Notes: generated by a model not told the origin, from the letters alone. Numbered from the stretch's first letter, positions 25,791-39,644 are shown. The stretch: DNA of 64,000 nucleotides from Macrostomum lignano (GCA_002269645.1 NIVC01000163.1:124001-188000), one strand, 5' to 3'. Program-made: numbers and translations.

Positions 25791-26899
25791 GCTTTACACT
25801 TCCTGTATTTAGTCTTCGTTTTAAATTTGAATGTTTATTAGCAAGAAAGCTCGTGTAGCACTTGGGCAAGGAAGTTGGCCCGAACGAGGCTGTATCAGCA
25901 AGTAAAGCTCTCTCTCTTCTCTTGCGAGTAGGGAAGATTATTTGTATATTTATATTCTTTCAGTTGTTAGCAGATTGTTTTATTACCAAAGTAGCTAAGT
26001 TATAAGGCTTTCGGAGTACATGTATATAATCGGACTTTATTGCTCAAAATTTATGCTTCAACGCCGTGCGAGAACTCTGGAAGAAGAAGAGGTCGATCTG
26101 CAGGAGAGGGGAGTAGGAAGGAAAGGAGGGGGGTAGAGGGGTCTGGACGACTGCGCTTGCGAAATCATGGTCCAACTAGCCAACCAGCCAAGGTACAGCA
26201 CTGTGCTCAGGTTCTCCCATACCTAAAAATCTACCTTAACAGTAACCAACCTGCCTCCCCTCCAAGTCGAATGACGAGGTCGGGCCTTCTTCCTCTCGCT
26301 CCCTTCTGCCCTCCCACCCTCCTTAAGATATGCAGTCAATTTGCTATTTAGTTCGAGGCCTTATCTAAACACGCAGTTCGAGGCGTTTGCGCATATTGAA
26401 TTTCTTTCTGCTCTGGACGAGTTGCTCTGACGTTGGGTGTCTCTCAGCACTGCAGGCTGGCAGTCACTCAGCTCCCAATGTGTGGATAAATGTTTAGGGG
26501 AAACCGTATATTATTTACCCCTCACTTTAACCAACTCGTGAAGATCCACCGTATATAGCTCTTATCTCGAATTTCTAAAAAGTTACGTCAGGACTTCGTG
26601 CTCGAATCTCACCTACAGTAGATACAGCTTATACGAGTAGCTCGGTTCAATAAGATATGAGCTGCATGGCCTTCATCACTTCTTCGGCTTGAACTCCGCT
26701 ATAGCGAGCCACTTGAGCCACGTCAATCATCCGTCAGTAGCGGATGCGCACGAGTGCATATTGCCTTTCAGGTAGCGCTGTGAGAAATCCACGAAATTTA
26801 AATGGGCTCACGGTGAAAAGTCAGAATGAGTACACAGTACAGCCTCATCTATATTTTATAGATGTATGAAATTGGAGATTCTTGATTTTAATTACGGGT

Positions 26900-27930
26900 C
26901 CAGAATTATTCTGAGTCCCAATTCCTTTTTGAGACCCAATTCATCTCTGAGTCCCGATTCCTTGCTGAGTCCCGATTCATTTCTGCGTCCCGATTCCTTT
27001 CTGCGTCCCGATTCCTTTCTGAGTCCAGATTCCTTTCTGAGTCCCGATTCCTTTGAGTCCTGATTCCTTTCTGAGTCCCGATTCATTTCTGAGTCCCGAT
27101 TCCTTTCTGAGTCCCGATTCCTTTTAGAGTCCCGATTCCTCTCTGAGTGCTGATTCCTTTCTGAGCCCCGATTCCTTTCTGAGTCCCGATTCCTTTTTGA
27201 TTCGCGATTCATTTCTGAGTCCTGATTCCTTTCTGAGTCCCGATTCCTTTCTGAGTCCTGATTCCTTTCTGAGTCCCGATTCCTTTCTGAGTCCCGATTC
27301 ATTTCTGCGTCCCGATTCCTTTCTGAGTCCCGATTCATTTCTGCGTCCCGATTCCTTTCTGAGTCCCGATTCCTTTCTGAGTCCCGATTCCTTTCAGAGT
27401 CCCGATTCCTCTCTGAGTGCTGATTCCTTTCTGAGCCCCGATTCCTTTATGAGCCCCGATTCCTTTATGAGCCCCGATTCCTTTCTGATTCCCGATTCAT
27501 TTCTGAGTCCTGATTCCTTTCTGAGTCCCGATTCCTTTCTGAGTCCCGATTCCTTTCTGAGTCCCGATTCCTTTCTGAGTCCCGATTCCTTTCTGAGTCC
27601 CGATTCATTTCTGCGTCCCGATTCCTTTCTGAGTCCCGATTCCTTTCTGAGTCCCGATTCCTTTCAGAGTCCCGATTCCTCTCTGAGTGCTGATTCCTTT
27701 CTGAGCCCCGATTCCTTTATGAGCCCCGATTCCTTTCTGATTCCCGATTCATTTCTGAGTCCTGATTCCTTTCTGAGTCCCGATTCCTTTCTGAGTCCCG
27801 ATTCCTTTCTGAGTCCCGATTCCTTTGAGTCCTGATTCCTTTCTGAGTCCCGATTCATTTCTGAGTCCTGATTCCTTTCTGAGTCCCGATTCCTTTCTGA
27901 GTCCCGATTCCTTTCTGGGTCCCAATTCAC
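26900..27930. repeat. 18-bp minisatellite GAGTCCCGATTCCTTTCT
   Basis: Direct reading. Confidence 0.94.
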
Positions 27931-28879
27931 TTATGGTCCCAACTCCGTTCTCCAATACTGGTACCGATTTAAAATTCCGAGGTCAACTTCGGGCATTGAT
28001 TCCGGGTACTGATTTCATATCTCTATTCAAAACATTTCGAGTTGCGAATTCATGTTGTGTTATTCCCAGTCTCAGGATACAGTACAGAATCCAAAGCTCA
28101 AGGTCATCGATAATCAAGTTCAGAGGTTTTAAGTCTCGCAAACCCCCATGATAGTCGTACTGAACAAGCCAGTAAGCACCAAGATGATACTGCTGTGAGC
28201 CAAATACCCAGATATAATAGCCCCAGCTCTAATCGGATTTCCGGTTTCAACCAACCAGCTGCAAGACGAAAGGTCGTCAACCGGAATATAGAACATGTCT
28301 CTGCGAGAGTCGAGAAGGAAAGAAGCTCAGGAAATGCAGGTCGCCGTGAATCCCGCGGTTCCCGTTTCCCTGTTTGGTCGTATGTAGCCTCAGAATCATT
28401 TTTCCTGACCAAACTACTCGGCCCTGGAACTAGAACCTATAATATAAGAACAGGCAAAACCATGACGTACAGCACTAGCACTCCATCACGAATGCGCAAA
28501 CTTGGCTTTCTCTCCAATACAACCGTATAGGCTAATTGGTACGGTGAATTATTGATCGTTATAAACACGGTCGGTCCGAGCAAGTGAGCCATATAACCTC
28601 ATGCACTGGCGGTGTCGGAGGTGTATAGACCCGCAGGTTATGCTGCATTGAGCCTGGGTTTTTAGGCTATACGGAAACAAGCGGAAGATTTCGATTTCTA
28701 ATTGGCTTTTCTGAGCTCTAGGTTCCTTTCCTTTGCTTTTTCTTTCAGTTCTGCTGCTGCCTGTGTGCTTGAGAAACTTGTTAAGCGATGAAATCTTTCT
28801 TAATCGGTGACCTTGATCTTGATTCTCTATCACGTTGCTCCCAATTATTGGTGATACCAGATCCCGACTCTATAGAACT

Positions 28880-29680
28880 CTGTGACACCTTGATCCCGAT
28901 TTCTTGGATTTTGTGACACATTGATCCGGATTATTGGATTTTGGGACACATTGATCCGGATTCTTAGATTCTGTGACACTTTCATCCCGATTTCTTGGAT
29001 TTTGTGACACTTTGATCCCGATTTGTTGGATTTTGTGACACTTTGATTCCGATTTGTTGGATTTTACACTTTGATCCCGATTTGTTGGATTTTGTGACAC
29101 TTTGATCCCGATTTCTTGGATCTTGTGACACTTTGATCCTGATTTGTTGGACTTTGTGACACTGATCCCGATTTGTTGGATTTTGTGACACTTTGAGATC
29201 CCGATTTGTTGGATTTTGTGACACTGATCCCGATTTCTTGGATTTTGTGACACTTTGATCCTGATTTGTTGGATTTTACACTTTGATCCCGATTTGTTGG
29301 ATTTTGTGACACTTTGATCCCGATTTGTTGGATTTTGTGACACTTTGAGATCCCGATTTGTTGGATTTTGTGACACTTTGATCCCGATTTGTTGGATTTT
29401 GTGACACTTTGATCCCGATTTGTTGGATTTTGTGACACTTTGATCCCGATTTGTTGGATTTTGTGACACTTTGATTCCGATTTGTTGGATTTTACACTTT
29501 GATCCCGATTTGTTGGATTTTGTGACACTTTGATCCCGATTTGTTGGATTTTGTGACACTTTGATCCCGATTTGTTGGATTTTGTGACACTTTGATCCCG
29601 ATTTCTTGGATTTTGTGACACTTTGATCCCGATTATTGGATTCTGTGACAACTTAATCTCGATTTCTTTGAATCTGTGAA
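28880..29680. repeat. About 31-bp minisatellite GATCCCGATTTGTTGGATTTTGTGACACTTT
   Basis: Direct reading. Confidence 0.93.
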
Positions 29681-30209
29681 AATTTTATCCGGATTCTTTT
29701 GAGTCTGAAACACCCTGCTTTCGGTTCTGAGACTACCTGTCAGACAAGTTTTTCAAAGAAAGTTATCATTCTTCTTTTAACTTGTGAAAGTTTTCTCACT
29801 AATAATAGTTTTTATCAGCAATTAATTCTTCATTCAATTTAAGTTTACGTGGGTACGATTTTTTATAACATATTCAAGCAATTAGTATACAGTACGCTGA
29901 TATGGTAGGACGCCATATAATAGTACGATATACTATATCAGCAATACTGACATATAACTGCTTAAAATGCGGTTTATGTACCGCAATGTTAGTGCCTGAT
30001 ATAAGACTGCGAGTCTGTTAATTTTCTGTCTGAACTACTGCTAAACGTACTCTCTACTCTATCTGCTGTTGAAGTGTGATAAGAGAGTGGGAATAATTTG
30101 TAATTTAGCGCGCATGCGCACACACTGACTTTAATATGCTTTTTAATATGAACATGAGCAAGTAAATGAACTTATTAATCGGGTATTGAGCTAGCTTCAG
30201 TTAATTATC

Positions 30210-31260
30210 GAGAGAGAGAGGGAGGGAGAGAGAGAGAGAGAGACGCAGGGGAGAGGGGAATTAGAGGGAGGGGTAGAGAGGGGGTTAAGGAAGGGAGGAG
30301 ACGGGGGTTAGAGAGGGGAGGGGAAATGGGGCTAGAGGTGAGGGAAAGGAGTTTAGAGAGAGGAGGGGATATGGTTTTAGAAGAGAAGAGGGGGGAGAGG
30401 GGTTTAGAGAGAGGAGGGGAGAGGGGTTTAGAGAGAGGAGGGGATATGGTTTTAGAAGAGAGGAGGGGGGAGAGGGGTTTAGAGAGAGGAGGGGAGAGGG
30501 GTTTAGAGAGAGGAGGGGATATGGGTTTAGAAGAGAGGAGGGGGGAGAGGGGTTTAGAGAGAGGAGGGGATATGGGTTTAGAGAGGGGAGGGGAGAGGGG
30601 TTTAGAGGAGGAGGGAGAGGGGTTTAGAGAGAGGAGGGGAGAGGGGTTTAGAGAGGGGAGGGGATATGGGTTTAGAAGAGAGGAAGGGGGGAGAGGGGTT
30701 TAGAGAGGGGAGGGGAGAGGGGTTTAGAGGAGGAGGGAGAGGGGTTTAGAGAGAGGAGGGGAGAGGGGTTTAGAGAGGGGAGGGGATATGGGTTTAGAAG
30801 AGAGGAGGGGGGAGAGGGGTTTAGAGAGAGGAGGGGATATGGGTTTAGAGAGAGGAGGGGAGAGGGGTTTAGAGAGAGGAGGGGATATGGGTTTAGAAGA
30901 GAGGAGGGGGGGAGAGGGGTTTAGAGAGAGGAGGGGATATGGGTTTAGAGAGAGGAGGGGAGAGGGGTTTAGAGAGAGGAGGGGAGAGGGGTTTAGAGAG
31001 GGGAGGGAAGAGGGGTTTAGAGGAGGAGGGAGAGGGGTTTAGAGAGGGGAGGGGAGAGGGGTTTAGAGAGGGGAGGGGAGAGGGGTTTAGAGGAGGAGGG
31101 AGAGGGGTTTAGAGAGAGGAGGGGATATGGGTTTAGAGGGGAGGAGAGAGAGGGGGAGAGGAGTTTATAGAGGGGAGGGGAGATGGGTTTAGACAGGGGA
31201 GAAGAATTAGAGTGGCGTTTAGAGGCGTTTAGAGACGTTTAGAGGCGTTTAGAGTGGAGA
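30210..31260. repeat. Purine-rich minisatellite GAGAGGAGGGGAGAGGGGTTTA
   Basis: Direct reading. Confidence 0.9.
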
Positions 31261-31829
31261 GACAGGAGGTTAGAGAGAGATGGAAAGGAGGTAGGAAAAG
31301 GGGGCCTACAGTGAGAAAGGTGAGACTTTGTTAGAAATTGGGGATGTGTTTTAGTGGTAGAGGGAATAGGGGATTAGCGAAGGTTTCAAGGGAGAGGATA
31401 GAGGGAATTAAGAGATACAACTTCAGACAAGCCTGTAAATAGGTAACTGTGTACATGTATAATGTGCAGTATACGCAGTCTGTAAGTAGAAAATTATATT
31501 AAAACACATTCGCACAATAAAGAGTGAAACTTCTTTCGAATAATCATTATCGATTTGATCTATTCGGTCTCACGGTGGCTTCCATGAGTGACGGTGATGT
31601 AAACAGCGTACTAACCGCGGGTTACTACGCTTAACTTTTGGCATCCTACAAGGCTAGCGTCATTACGACATTAGTACTCGTATGAACTAATAAGCTAATT
31701 CATTTTATGGCAATAAGTGTAAAGCTTCTCTACAATCGCGTAATAACAGTATGCAGCTTCATGCACAAAGGACTTTTGCCTTTTACGTTATATCTTTGCC
31801 TTCTGCATACTGTTATCTTATCTTACCCT

Positions 31830-32345
31830 TGCCTTCTGTGTACATGTTTGCCTTCTGCCTTCACCTATCACATTATCACCTTCATCTTCACCCTTGCCTT
31901 CTGTGTACATGTTTGCCTTCTGTGTACATGTTTGCCTTCTGTGTACATGTTTGCCTTCTGTGTACATGTTTGCCTTCTGTGTACATGTTTGCCTTCTGTG
32001 TACATGTTTGCCTTCTGTGTACATGTCTGCCTTCTGTGTACATGTCTGTCTTCTGTGTACATGTCTGTCTTCTGTGTACATGTTTGCCTTCTGTGTACAT
32101 GTTTGCCTTCTGTGTACATGTCTGTCTTCTGTGTACATGTCTGTCTTCTGTGTACATGTTTGCCTTCTGTGTACATGTCTGCCTTCTGTGTACATGTCTG
32201 CCTTCTGTGTACATGTTTGCCTTCTGTGTACATGTTTGCCTTCTGTGTACATGTTTGCCTTCTGTGTACATGTCTGCCTTCTGTGTACATGTTTGCCTTC
32301 TGTGTACATGTCTGTCTTCTGTGTACATGTCTGTCTTCTGTGTAC
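31830..32345. repeat. 19-bp minisatellite TGTGTACATGTTTGCCTTC
   Basis: Direct reading. Confidence 0.94.
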
Positions 32346-32862
32346 ATCTCTGCATTCTAAACACATCTGGACACATTTGCCACAAGGGCTCAGAGAGTCA
32401 CTGGCTTGGATAGACAAAATACTCCGGAGTTGTATTTTTGCAAACGATTAACGTTGCTGCTTGTAGTTAATGTTTCGAAAAAATTTGGGGACAACTTTGT
32501 GATTTTTTTTTACTCTAGAGCTTGCTCCTGCTCAAATAGAAAACTCCCAAGCACCCATGTATCTTATGTAGGAAGTCAAAGAAGCAAAATAAAGAAATCC
32601 TACAAAAGAAAAATGGAAAGCACTGAACTCCATCTTTCCCACAGCTCCATCTATTATATAGTGCTTCCGCCTCCTCAGTTGGAATTTTGTATCGATTTAG
32701 ACTAATGCTTATTATTGTTAGTGAATACTTTTATAGCCTCTACGAACTATATGCATCAGTACTTGTTATTTATTACTGCAAAGAAAACTGCATTGAGCCT
32801 CAAATAATAGACAGGCTTGCATTTCTTGGCTCTGCTTTTAACCAATTTTGATTGGCACACGA

Positions 32863-32893
<31 letters not shown>

Positions 32894-33395
32894 GTCCTCT
32901 CTTTGAACGACCGAGGACAGCGCGTCACGAAGTGCAAACACATATCTTCCCATCTTTTTCTTGTAAATGATTAGTCCGTGTCAGTCTTCTCAAACTCTAA
33001 CTTGTATGCACTTTTTTGTATGCTTTGAGAATCAGAAACAAATAATTAATAATAAACACACTACAAATCACAGGAATAAACAAGTCTAAATTCTAAATCT
33101 AAATTACTAATAAAATAAACCTATATTTCTACTATCATCAGTAGGCGAAGCTAAGTATGATCAATCTGAAAAACAAATACTAAAAATAGAACTTTAAATT
33201 GATGCATTCTTTCGAGAAATCGAAGATGAGTTGCTTACTGGTTCGATTATTGACTAAAGTTCCGCTGAACTAAAAGGTCTAAGCTACTTTTTGAAAGTAG
33301 TAGTGTAAAATATTTCCAAGGTAACAATTAAATATTAATCAATCATTGTGCATAAAAAATAAATGCGAATAACCAAGATAGCAAGACATGAACTG

Positions 33396-33707
33396 CAGTG
33401 GCGTAGCCAGGAATTTCAATTGGGGGGGGGGCGGGTTGGCCTGGCTGGTCATGCCTTATGCCATTGCCACTTTTGGCGCCGCAGGCACTCATTTTGGCGC
33501 CGCAGGCACTCGTTTTGGGCCTTGGCCTAGTCAGCAGTGTCTTTCGACCAGCGTCCATCATCACTCATTTTGGCGCCGCAGGCACTCATTTTAGCGTCGC
33601 AGGCACTCAATTGCCTCATGATTTTTGGTACCCGCCGCGCCTAACCCCACCCCCCCAGGCGATTGGGGGGGAGCGCGGCCCCCCGCCCCCCCCTGGCTAC
33701 GCCACTG
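33396..33707. mobile_element. hAT-type MITE (312 bp)
   Basis: Perfect TIRs CAGTGGCGTAGCCAGG / CCTGGCTACGCCACTG; 8-bp TSD ATGAACTG at 33388-33395 and 33708-33715; no ORF. Confidence 0.9.
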
Positions 33708-33757
33708 ATGAACTGATATATGATAATTCAAACTTTAAAAAAACATCTGAAACTCAC

Positions 33758-34059
33758 CCAGCATCTTTAGGGACAATTTTCCCAGTTGACATTTGCGAGA
33801 CCAGTTGTTCATTTTGCGGCTCAGCAGAAATGCCCACGCCTCGTTGTCGTTTAACAGTCGTAGCGGCTGTGTGCACTGGCGACCCGGCGGCGCTATTAAT
33901 CACCGATTGATATTTATCAACTTGCGACAATAGTTCCGCTATGCGCTTGTCTTTCATGCGAACTTGCGATTTCAAATCGCTAATCTGATGCTGCAACTCG
34001 TTGATTAGGTCGTCCTTCTCTTTGCCGCTAGTCTGCAGCTCTGTGATCAGTGCGGACAT
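33758..34059 (-). CDS. PRKG1: PKG alternative first exon 1a (I-alpha/for/EGL-4-like leucine zipper plus pseudosubstrate)
   Basis: MSALITELQ...DKYQSVI...KRQRGVGISAEP resembles PKG I-alpha RAQGISAEP. Ends GG|GTGAGT (phase 2), matching the exon 2 acceptor phase. Predicted isoform 682 aa. Confidence 0.88.
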
Positions 34060-35379
34060 TCTGTTTGGGGCAGCGAGGGTGGCAGGGTGGAATAATATAA
34101 TTGCTTCTTGTTTATTTAAAATAAGAAGTCACAAATTTGGTGAAAAAAACAACGGGGTCCAGGGTCGTCTGGTTCCTCTTAAACTCTGTCTAAGGGGACT
34201 GGTGTACAAAGCTAATCAATGTACACCAAGCTGGTGGGGGGATGGGGTTCATGGAACGTCATGCCAGATCGTAAAATTGTTGTGACTGGCTGCCCCGCTA
34301 CCCCAACCTCTTTCTATCTAGCGGGGTTAGAATGTACAGTGCGAATGTACACTCCAGCGTTTTTCTGATTACAGACCTCCGTCCTACAATTAAGCCAAAT
34401 CAGGGACTATAAGATAATAAACACTCAGCTACTTATACTACTATACGCAACTTTAATAGTAAGGTATATATTTACATTATCTGCATATTTATAGCAGATG
34501 TACATCTTAAATTTTTTCAAACATACTAGCGTAAACTTTACCAGAACTAGGACTTTTTTGCTATTGCGATTACATTTCTAGAACTACAACTAACTACGTA
34601 TTAATTTTCTACATACTAAGTTTTAACAGAGAAATATACTCAGCAGCATTGAAGAATCGCCCGCCACCCTTTGCCCCAGTCAGCAGACTCAGCAGTGTCT
34701 TTCGACCAGCGTCACCTGGCCAACCATTTTGATATTAAAAAATGCTCGAAAAAACAATGAAAACCGGGTGGAAGCTTCAATCCATCAAATCTTCGCTCTA
34801 TGCTCTTCCCGATCCCTCCTCACTCAGCCCAACTCTGCGTTGCGTGGAGCTAGAATTTACTGCGCACTCTCAAAAGTGGCGACTTTTTTATGTTTTTGAG
34901 TATGGCAATTAATGTATTTTTCCTGTGTCTACCTTGTATCTAGGTAAATACTGACACTACTTTGGTATCTAGGTACCTTGTACCTAGGTATGGAAGAGTA
35001 TGAACCAATGCTCTCTACAATTAGCTCTTCTTAGGGTTTAGCCAAAAAACTTCATGATTGTGTAAGCTTGTTCGGCAAAAAACTACAATAAAAATGCGAA
35101 GTATAGTTGCCGACAGCTCAAGCACGCTGAGTACGGAGTGTATGGCCGGATTCCACATTCGCGGCTCACAAAAGGCACTTTTTGGCACTCTGCTATCGCG
35201 TGAAAGACGTCTGTCTGCCATTCCCATCATGTAAATATACTCTGGTGTGCTGCACAGTTGCACAATAATAATTACAAATGTATTTTATTGGCATAGTGAC
35301 CTTCATTGCACTGCGCAATGTACAATTAGGCTACAGCAGAGTAGTCAGATGGGTTACTGAAGGAGTGCAGATGGGGTTT

Positions 35380-35550
35380 CTTACATCTGAAGGGACTGCA
35401 TGTCATGTTACCGTAAGATTCGTTGGGGTTACATCTGAAGGGACTGCATGTCATGTTACTGTAAGTAAGATCCAATGGGGTTACATCTGAAGGGACTGCA
35501 TGTCATGTTACTGTAAGTAAGATCCAATTGGGCTACATCTGAAGGGACTG
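35380..35550. repeat. About 50-bp tandem repeat (TTACATCTGAAGGGACTGCATGTCATGTTAC...), 3-4 copies
   Basis: Direct reading. Confidence 0.85.
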
Positions 35551-36579
35551 CTGGTTGGTGACCGAAGGAACAGATGGGAAGACGGCAGATCTACGTAGCT
35601 ACGAAAGATTACAGAAAACTGAACTCACTTAACCTTGCTCTCCCCAGAGCCGGCCAGAAAGGACCAGCTCCTATCCTTCTTCTTTTCTTTGTCTTTGGAC
35701 ATTGGAAATAGGAGCTGCAGTTCCACCAAAAGTTTTCACCTTGAATAAAAGTTTTAACTTTCTAATTCTTTGGTTTGTCAACTTCAGCACTTAAAAATTG
35801 CCTTACAAGAGCGCTTAACACACAGTCAAAGCATGCAGTCAACAGCCCGTGTGAAGTGGACGTCTGCCTCACTCTTTACCCTCCCTCACTCTTTCTCGCA
35901 CTCGATTTCTATTGGACGATGATAGCCCGACAGAATCAACTGATAATGGAAACGCTATATGGCACACGCTGAAGAGACCACTTCACAATCTGTTATGATT
36001 GTGCTTCAACTGTTTCTGGGCGTCGCTCACCTGCCCCCCCGTACCCTCGCTCTCTTGCCTTTGACTCCGTGCGTGCTGCGGTGTGAAGTCTTCTTATTTA
36101 TTAGCTCAATCTCTTCTCTATTCATGCGTTTTGCTGCTCAGCAATATTTACCCCAGATCTATATATGAGCAGCCATGGAGTAACTGTAGCTAAGAGAGAT
36201 CCAAAACAGGCTCTAGCCACCGACACAGCTCTTGATAAGAGGTCAAAGATAGGATTTTTCGGTCTGAGAGCCAACCAGTATAATAAATTCTACTGATTTT
36301 TCTGTGCTATTAGGCTTGCCTTTATAAATATAGAGTGTCCAGAGTATGTACGTGAAGATTTGTAATCTGGAATTCAGTTTGCTTGATACTTTTTGTTTGC
36401 AATGGTCTTTAGAAGCTGCCTAAGAATTGTTAATTTTCTAACGTTTGTGCTGCGAGTTAAATTGGCAAGATTGACAGATTTATTGCTCTGGAAGATGCCG
36501 ACGTCAAACGTCAAAAGAATGGAGATGCTCAGTTAGAACTTGGAGATGTTTTCTTAAAAAAATGGAGGCACGAATTCTA

Positions 36580-37130
36580 AGACACAGTTGCCAAATCAAA
36601 GACACAGTTGCCAAATCAAAGACACAGTTGCCAAATCAAAGACACAGTTGCCAAATCAAAGACACAGTTGCCAAATCAAAGACACAGTTGAAAAATCAAA
36701 CACACCGTTGTCAAATCAAAGACAACGTTTCCAATCAAAGACACCGTTGCCAAATCAAAGTCACAGTTGCCAAATCAAAGACACAGTTGACAAATCAAAG
36801 TCACAGTTGCCAAATCAAAGTCACAGTTGCCAAATCAAAGACAACGTTTCCAATCAAAGACACCGTTGCCAAATCAAAGTCACAGTTGCCAAATCAAAGA
36901 CAACGTTGCCAAATCAAAGACAACGTTTCCAATCAAAGACACCGTTGCCAAATCAAAGTCACAGTTGCCAAATCAAAGACACAGTTGACAAATCAAAGTC
37001 ACAGTTGCCAAATCAAAGACAACGTTTCCAATCAAAGACACCGTTGCCAAATCAAACACACAGTTGCCAAATCAAAGACCCAGACAGACACCAATTCAAA
37101 GTCAAAAGCGCCCGATCAAAGACACAAAAA
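36580..37130. repeat. 20-bp minisatellite GACACAGTTGCCAAATCAAA
   Basis: Direct reading. Confidence 0.93.
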
Positions 37131-37665
37131 TCAATTCTAAGGCATAAGGAGACAAAGACACCTTCAATAATTATTTAATGATATATACAAGATTTGTTGC
37201 AGCATTGTTTATTACGTTCTAGTCGAAAGACGTAGCAAAAATTCAATAAGTACACTCTGTACAATTTGACGTGTGAATTACTGCACCACACTGGCTTGTA
37301 GGTTTCTACGAGCTCGTAAGTGTGCCAATTACTGAAACACATCAGGCCATCAATCAGTCTGACCGTTAATTTCAAGCGTCAATTAAACATGGAGACAACA
37401 TTTACGACTATTTCAGGCAACTACACTGGTAAAAATTTTTATAGCCCTGCACGCTATCGGGTGAATGGTTCTCTCGAAAGGTGGCTAGATTTTAACCAGC
37501 TTAGTGTATTTCTGAAGATACCTGAAGATCTCTTAAAAATGCGCGTGTAGTTTAACAAATTGAAACTCAGCTTACTGGGCGCACTGTATAGTAGTCAATT
37601 GAACCGCTACTTCTACTGCTAGTAGTATCAAATAGTCGAGCAAATAAATTAAGTGGAGGACGAAA

Positions 37666-37972
<307 letters not shown>

Positions 37973-38409
37973 GATCCCAATATCCAGTCTCGCACCGTGG
38001 GATAGTTTTGTATATTACACAAACTGATCTAAACACATCGGGCCCGTCTGTTCAATATCTAGTTGGAGAAAAAAAGCAAATAATTCAGTTGCCCAAGAAC
38101 CGGAGAGGAGGACTAGAAAAGCACGTCGAACAAGTCAAACAAAGTAGCTTGTCAGTCACGCAGTTGGGTTTGAAGTTTCGGATCGCAGGATCTTAGAAGG
38201 AAGCAAGATAGAGGAAGTGAAGCTCAAAGCAACTAATTTAACGAGTCCCCATATAAAATTTACGACATTCGTGGATCATCGCACTATTTGTTTTTTTTCA
38301 CTATTTTAATCCGAGACAGGTCTCCCTGCACCATCCCATGTTTTGCGTGCCTTTTTCTCAGTTTTGCAAAATTGACTAACAAGTACGAGCGTACCTTCCT
38401 TGTTCCTTT

Positions 38410-38768
38410 ATTTTATTAGAGGCAGGGGGGTTGTGTGCACCCTGGCGCACTTTAAGCGACATAGGCACACAACCGGCGAGAGGCATTACTGCCCATTCCG
38501 CCGACTCCCCTGAGCAGGCATACAAGCGCGCGGATACGTACGCAGGCACACACTCACACTGGAGTGTACAGCAGCCCTGACTTTATTTTATCGTTAGGCA
38601 TGTACACTTCACTGCGCCTTGGGGGGTTGGCTCTCAAGGCCGTTAATTGCACGAGCAGAGCCAAGCCGAGATTCCAATTCAGCCCCAAATTAATGTGACT
38701 GCACTTGGAATCGAGCCTGGGTCGCTGGCACACCAGAGCAGCAGCGCTACCGCTGGGCTACGGCCCCC
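38410..38768 (-). mobile_element. Full-length tRNA-derived SINE with 14-bp TSD
   Basis: Head GGGGGCCGTAGCCCAGCGGTAGCG (A-box) and GGCTCGATTCC (B-box), short A-rich tail, direct repeats TTCCTTGTTCCTTT at 38396-38409 and 38770-38783. Confidence 0.85.
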
Positions 38769-39644
38769 TTTCCTTGTTCCTTTCGGACGTCACATTACAA
38801 GCAAGTCTGACTTCTAATGGATAAGGGATTAGTATTGATTTTCGATATTGATGCCATGGACAGCTAAATCCGGGGGGACAGGGACAGCTAGACTTGTGAG
38901 TGCTTCTCAGACAGAACACATTCTTGCTTCATTTGGGATTCGGAAGTCCAGAGCGAGAGATATTCGATCGAAATTTGCAATCTTAATCCAATATATTCTC
39001 CCAATCAAGTTCACATTAAAGGTCATTGATTCTCGATAGCTTGAATTCTACATCTAGACAGGTTAATTAAATCAACGAAGCCCACAAACCCTAGACAGAG
39101 CTCTCAGCACCAACTGTCAGTTAGTAATCAATTAGTCATTATCGACCCCGATTAACCTACTGCTATGAGTAATATGCTCTTATTATAGTTGGAGCTCCAG
39201 GATGGAATGCAAATCAGCTAGTGCGAACTAAGGCTCCAGACTAGGCGATGACTGATTGCCTTGCGGGAGGGAGGGGCAATTAACGGGAAGGATGAAGTGT
39301 CGATGGCAGCAGCGAAGGTGAGTGAAAGAAAATATACGATATTCTATCGAAATTCGGATGATTGATGACAGGTGAGTTGCAGCCTTTGGCAGATGTATAA
39401 CTTTGCGTATTTCTATCCAAAGATATAAATAGAAATGTTGCTTTTTCGGAAATGCAAGATGGAAAAACAGGAACAGAAGGAGAAAGAGAAGAGCATTGGG
39501 GAGCGGAGTATGAGATGTGCTCAAGGTGTGATGATAGACTGAGAACTTGGAGATTCCTAGGAGAACTTGGAAATTGAACAGATTGGAGATTTGTTGTAAA
39601 TTTAGAGAGGGGAAAGGGAAGAACGAAGAGTTGAGTTAGGTGCA

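Noticed and set aside
28150-28530. Possible decayed Gypsy integrase tail (RKVVNRNIEHV, LLGPGTRTYNI)
   Set aside because: Similarity is only impressionistic; no LTRs or other pol motifs. A translated search would be needed.
28549-28833. Minus-strand ORF as a further PKG first exon
   Set aside because: Starts at GTG and has no zipper or pseudosubstrate, although a phase-2 GT exists.
34965-34992. Short hairpin CTAGGTAC-CTT-GTACCTAG
   Set aside because: An isolated 8-11-bp stem is expected by chance in 64 kb.
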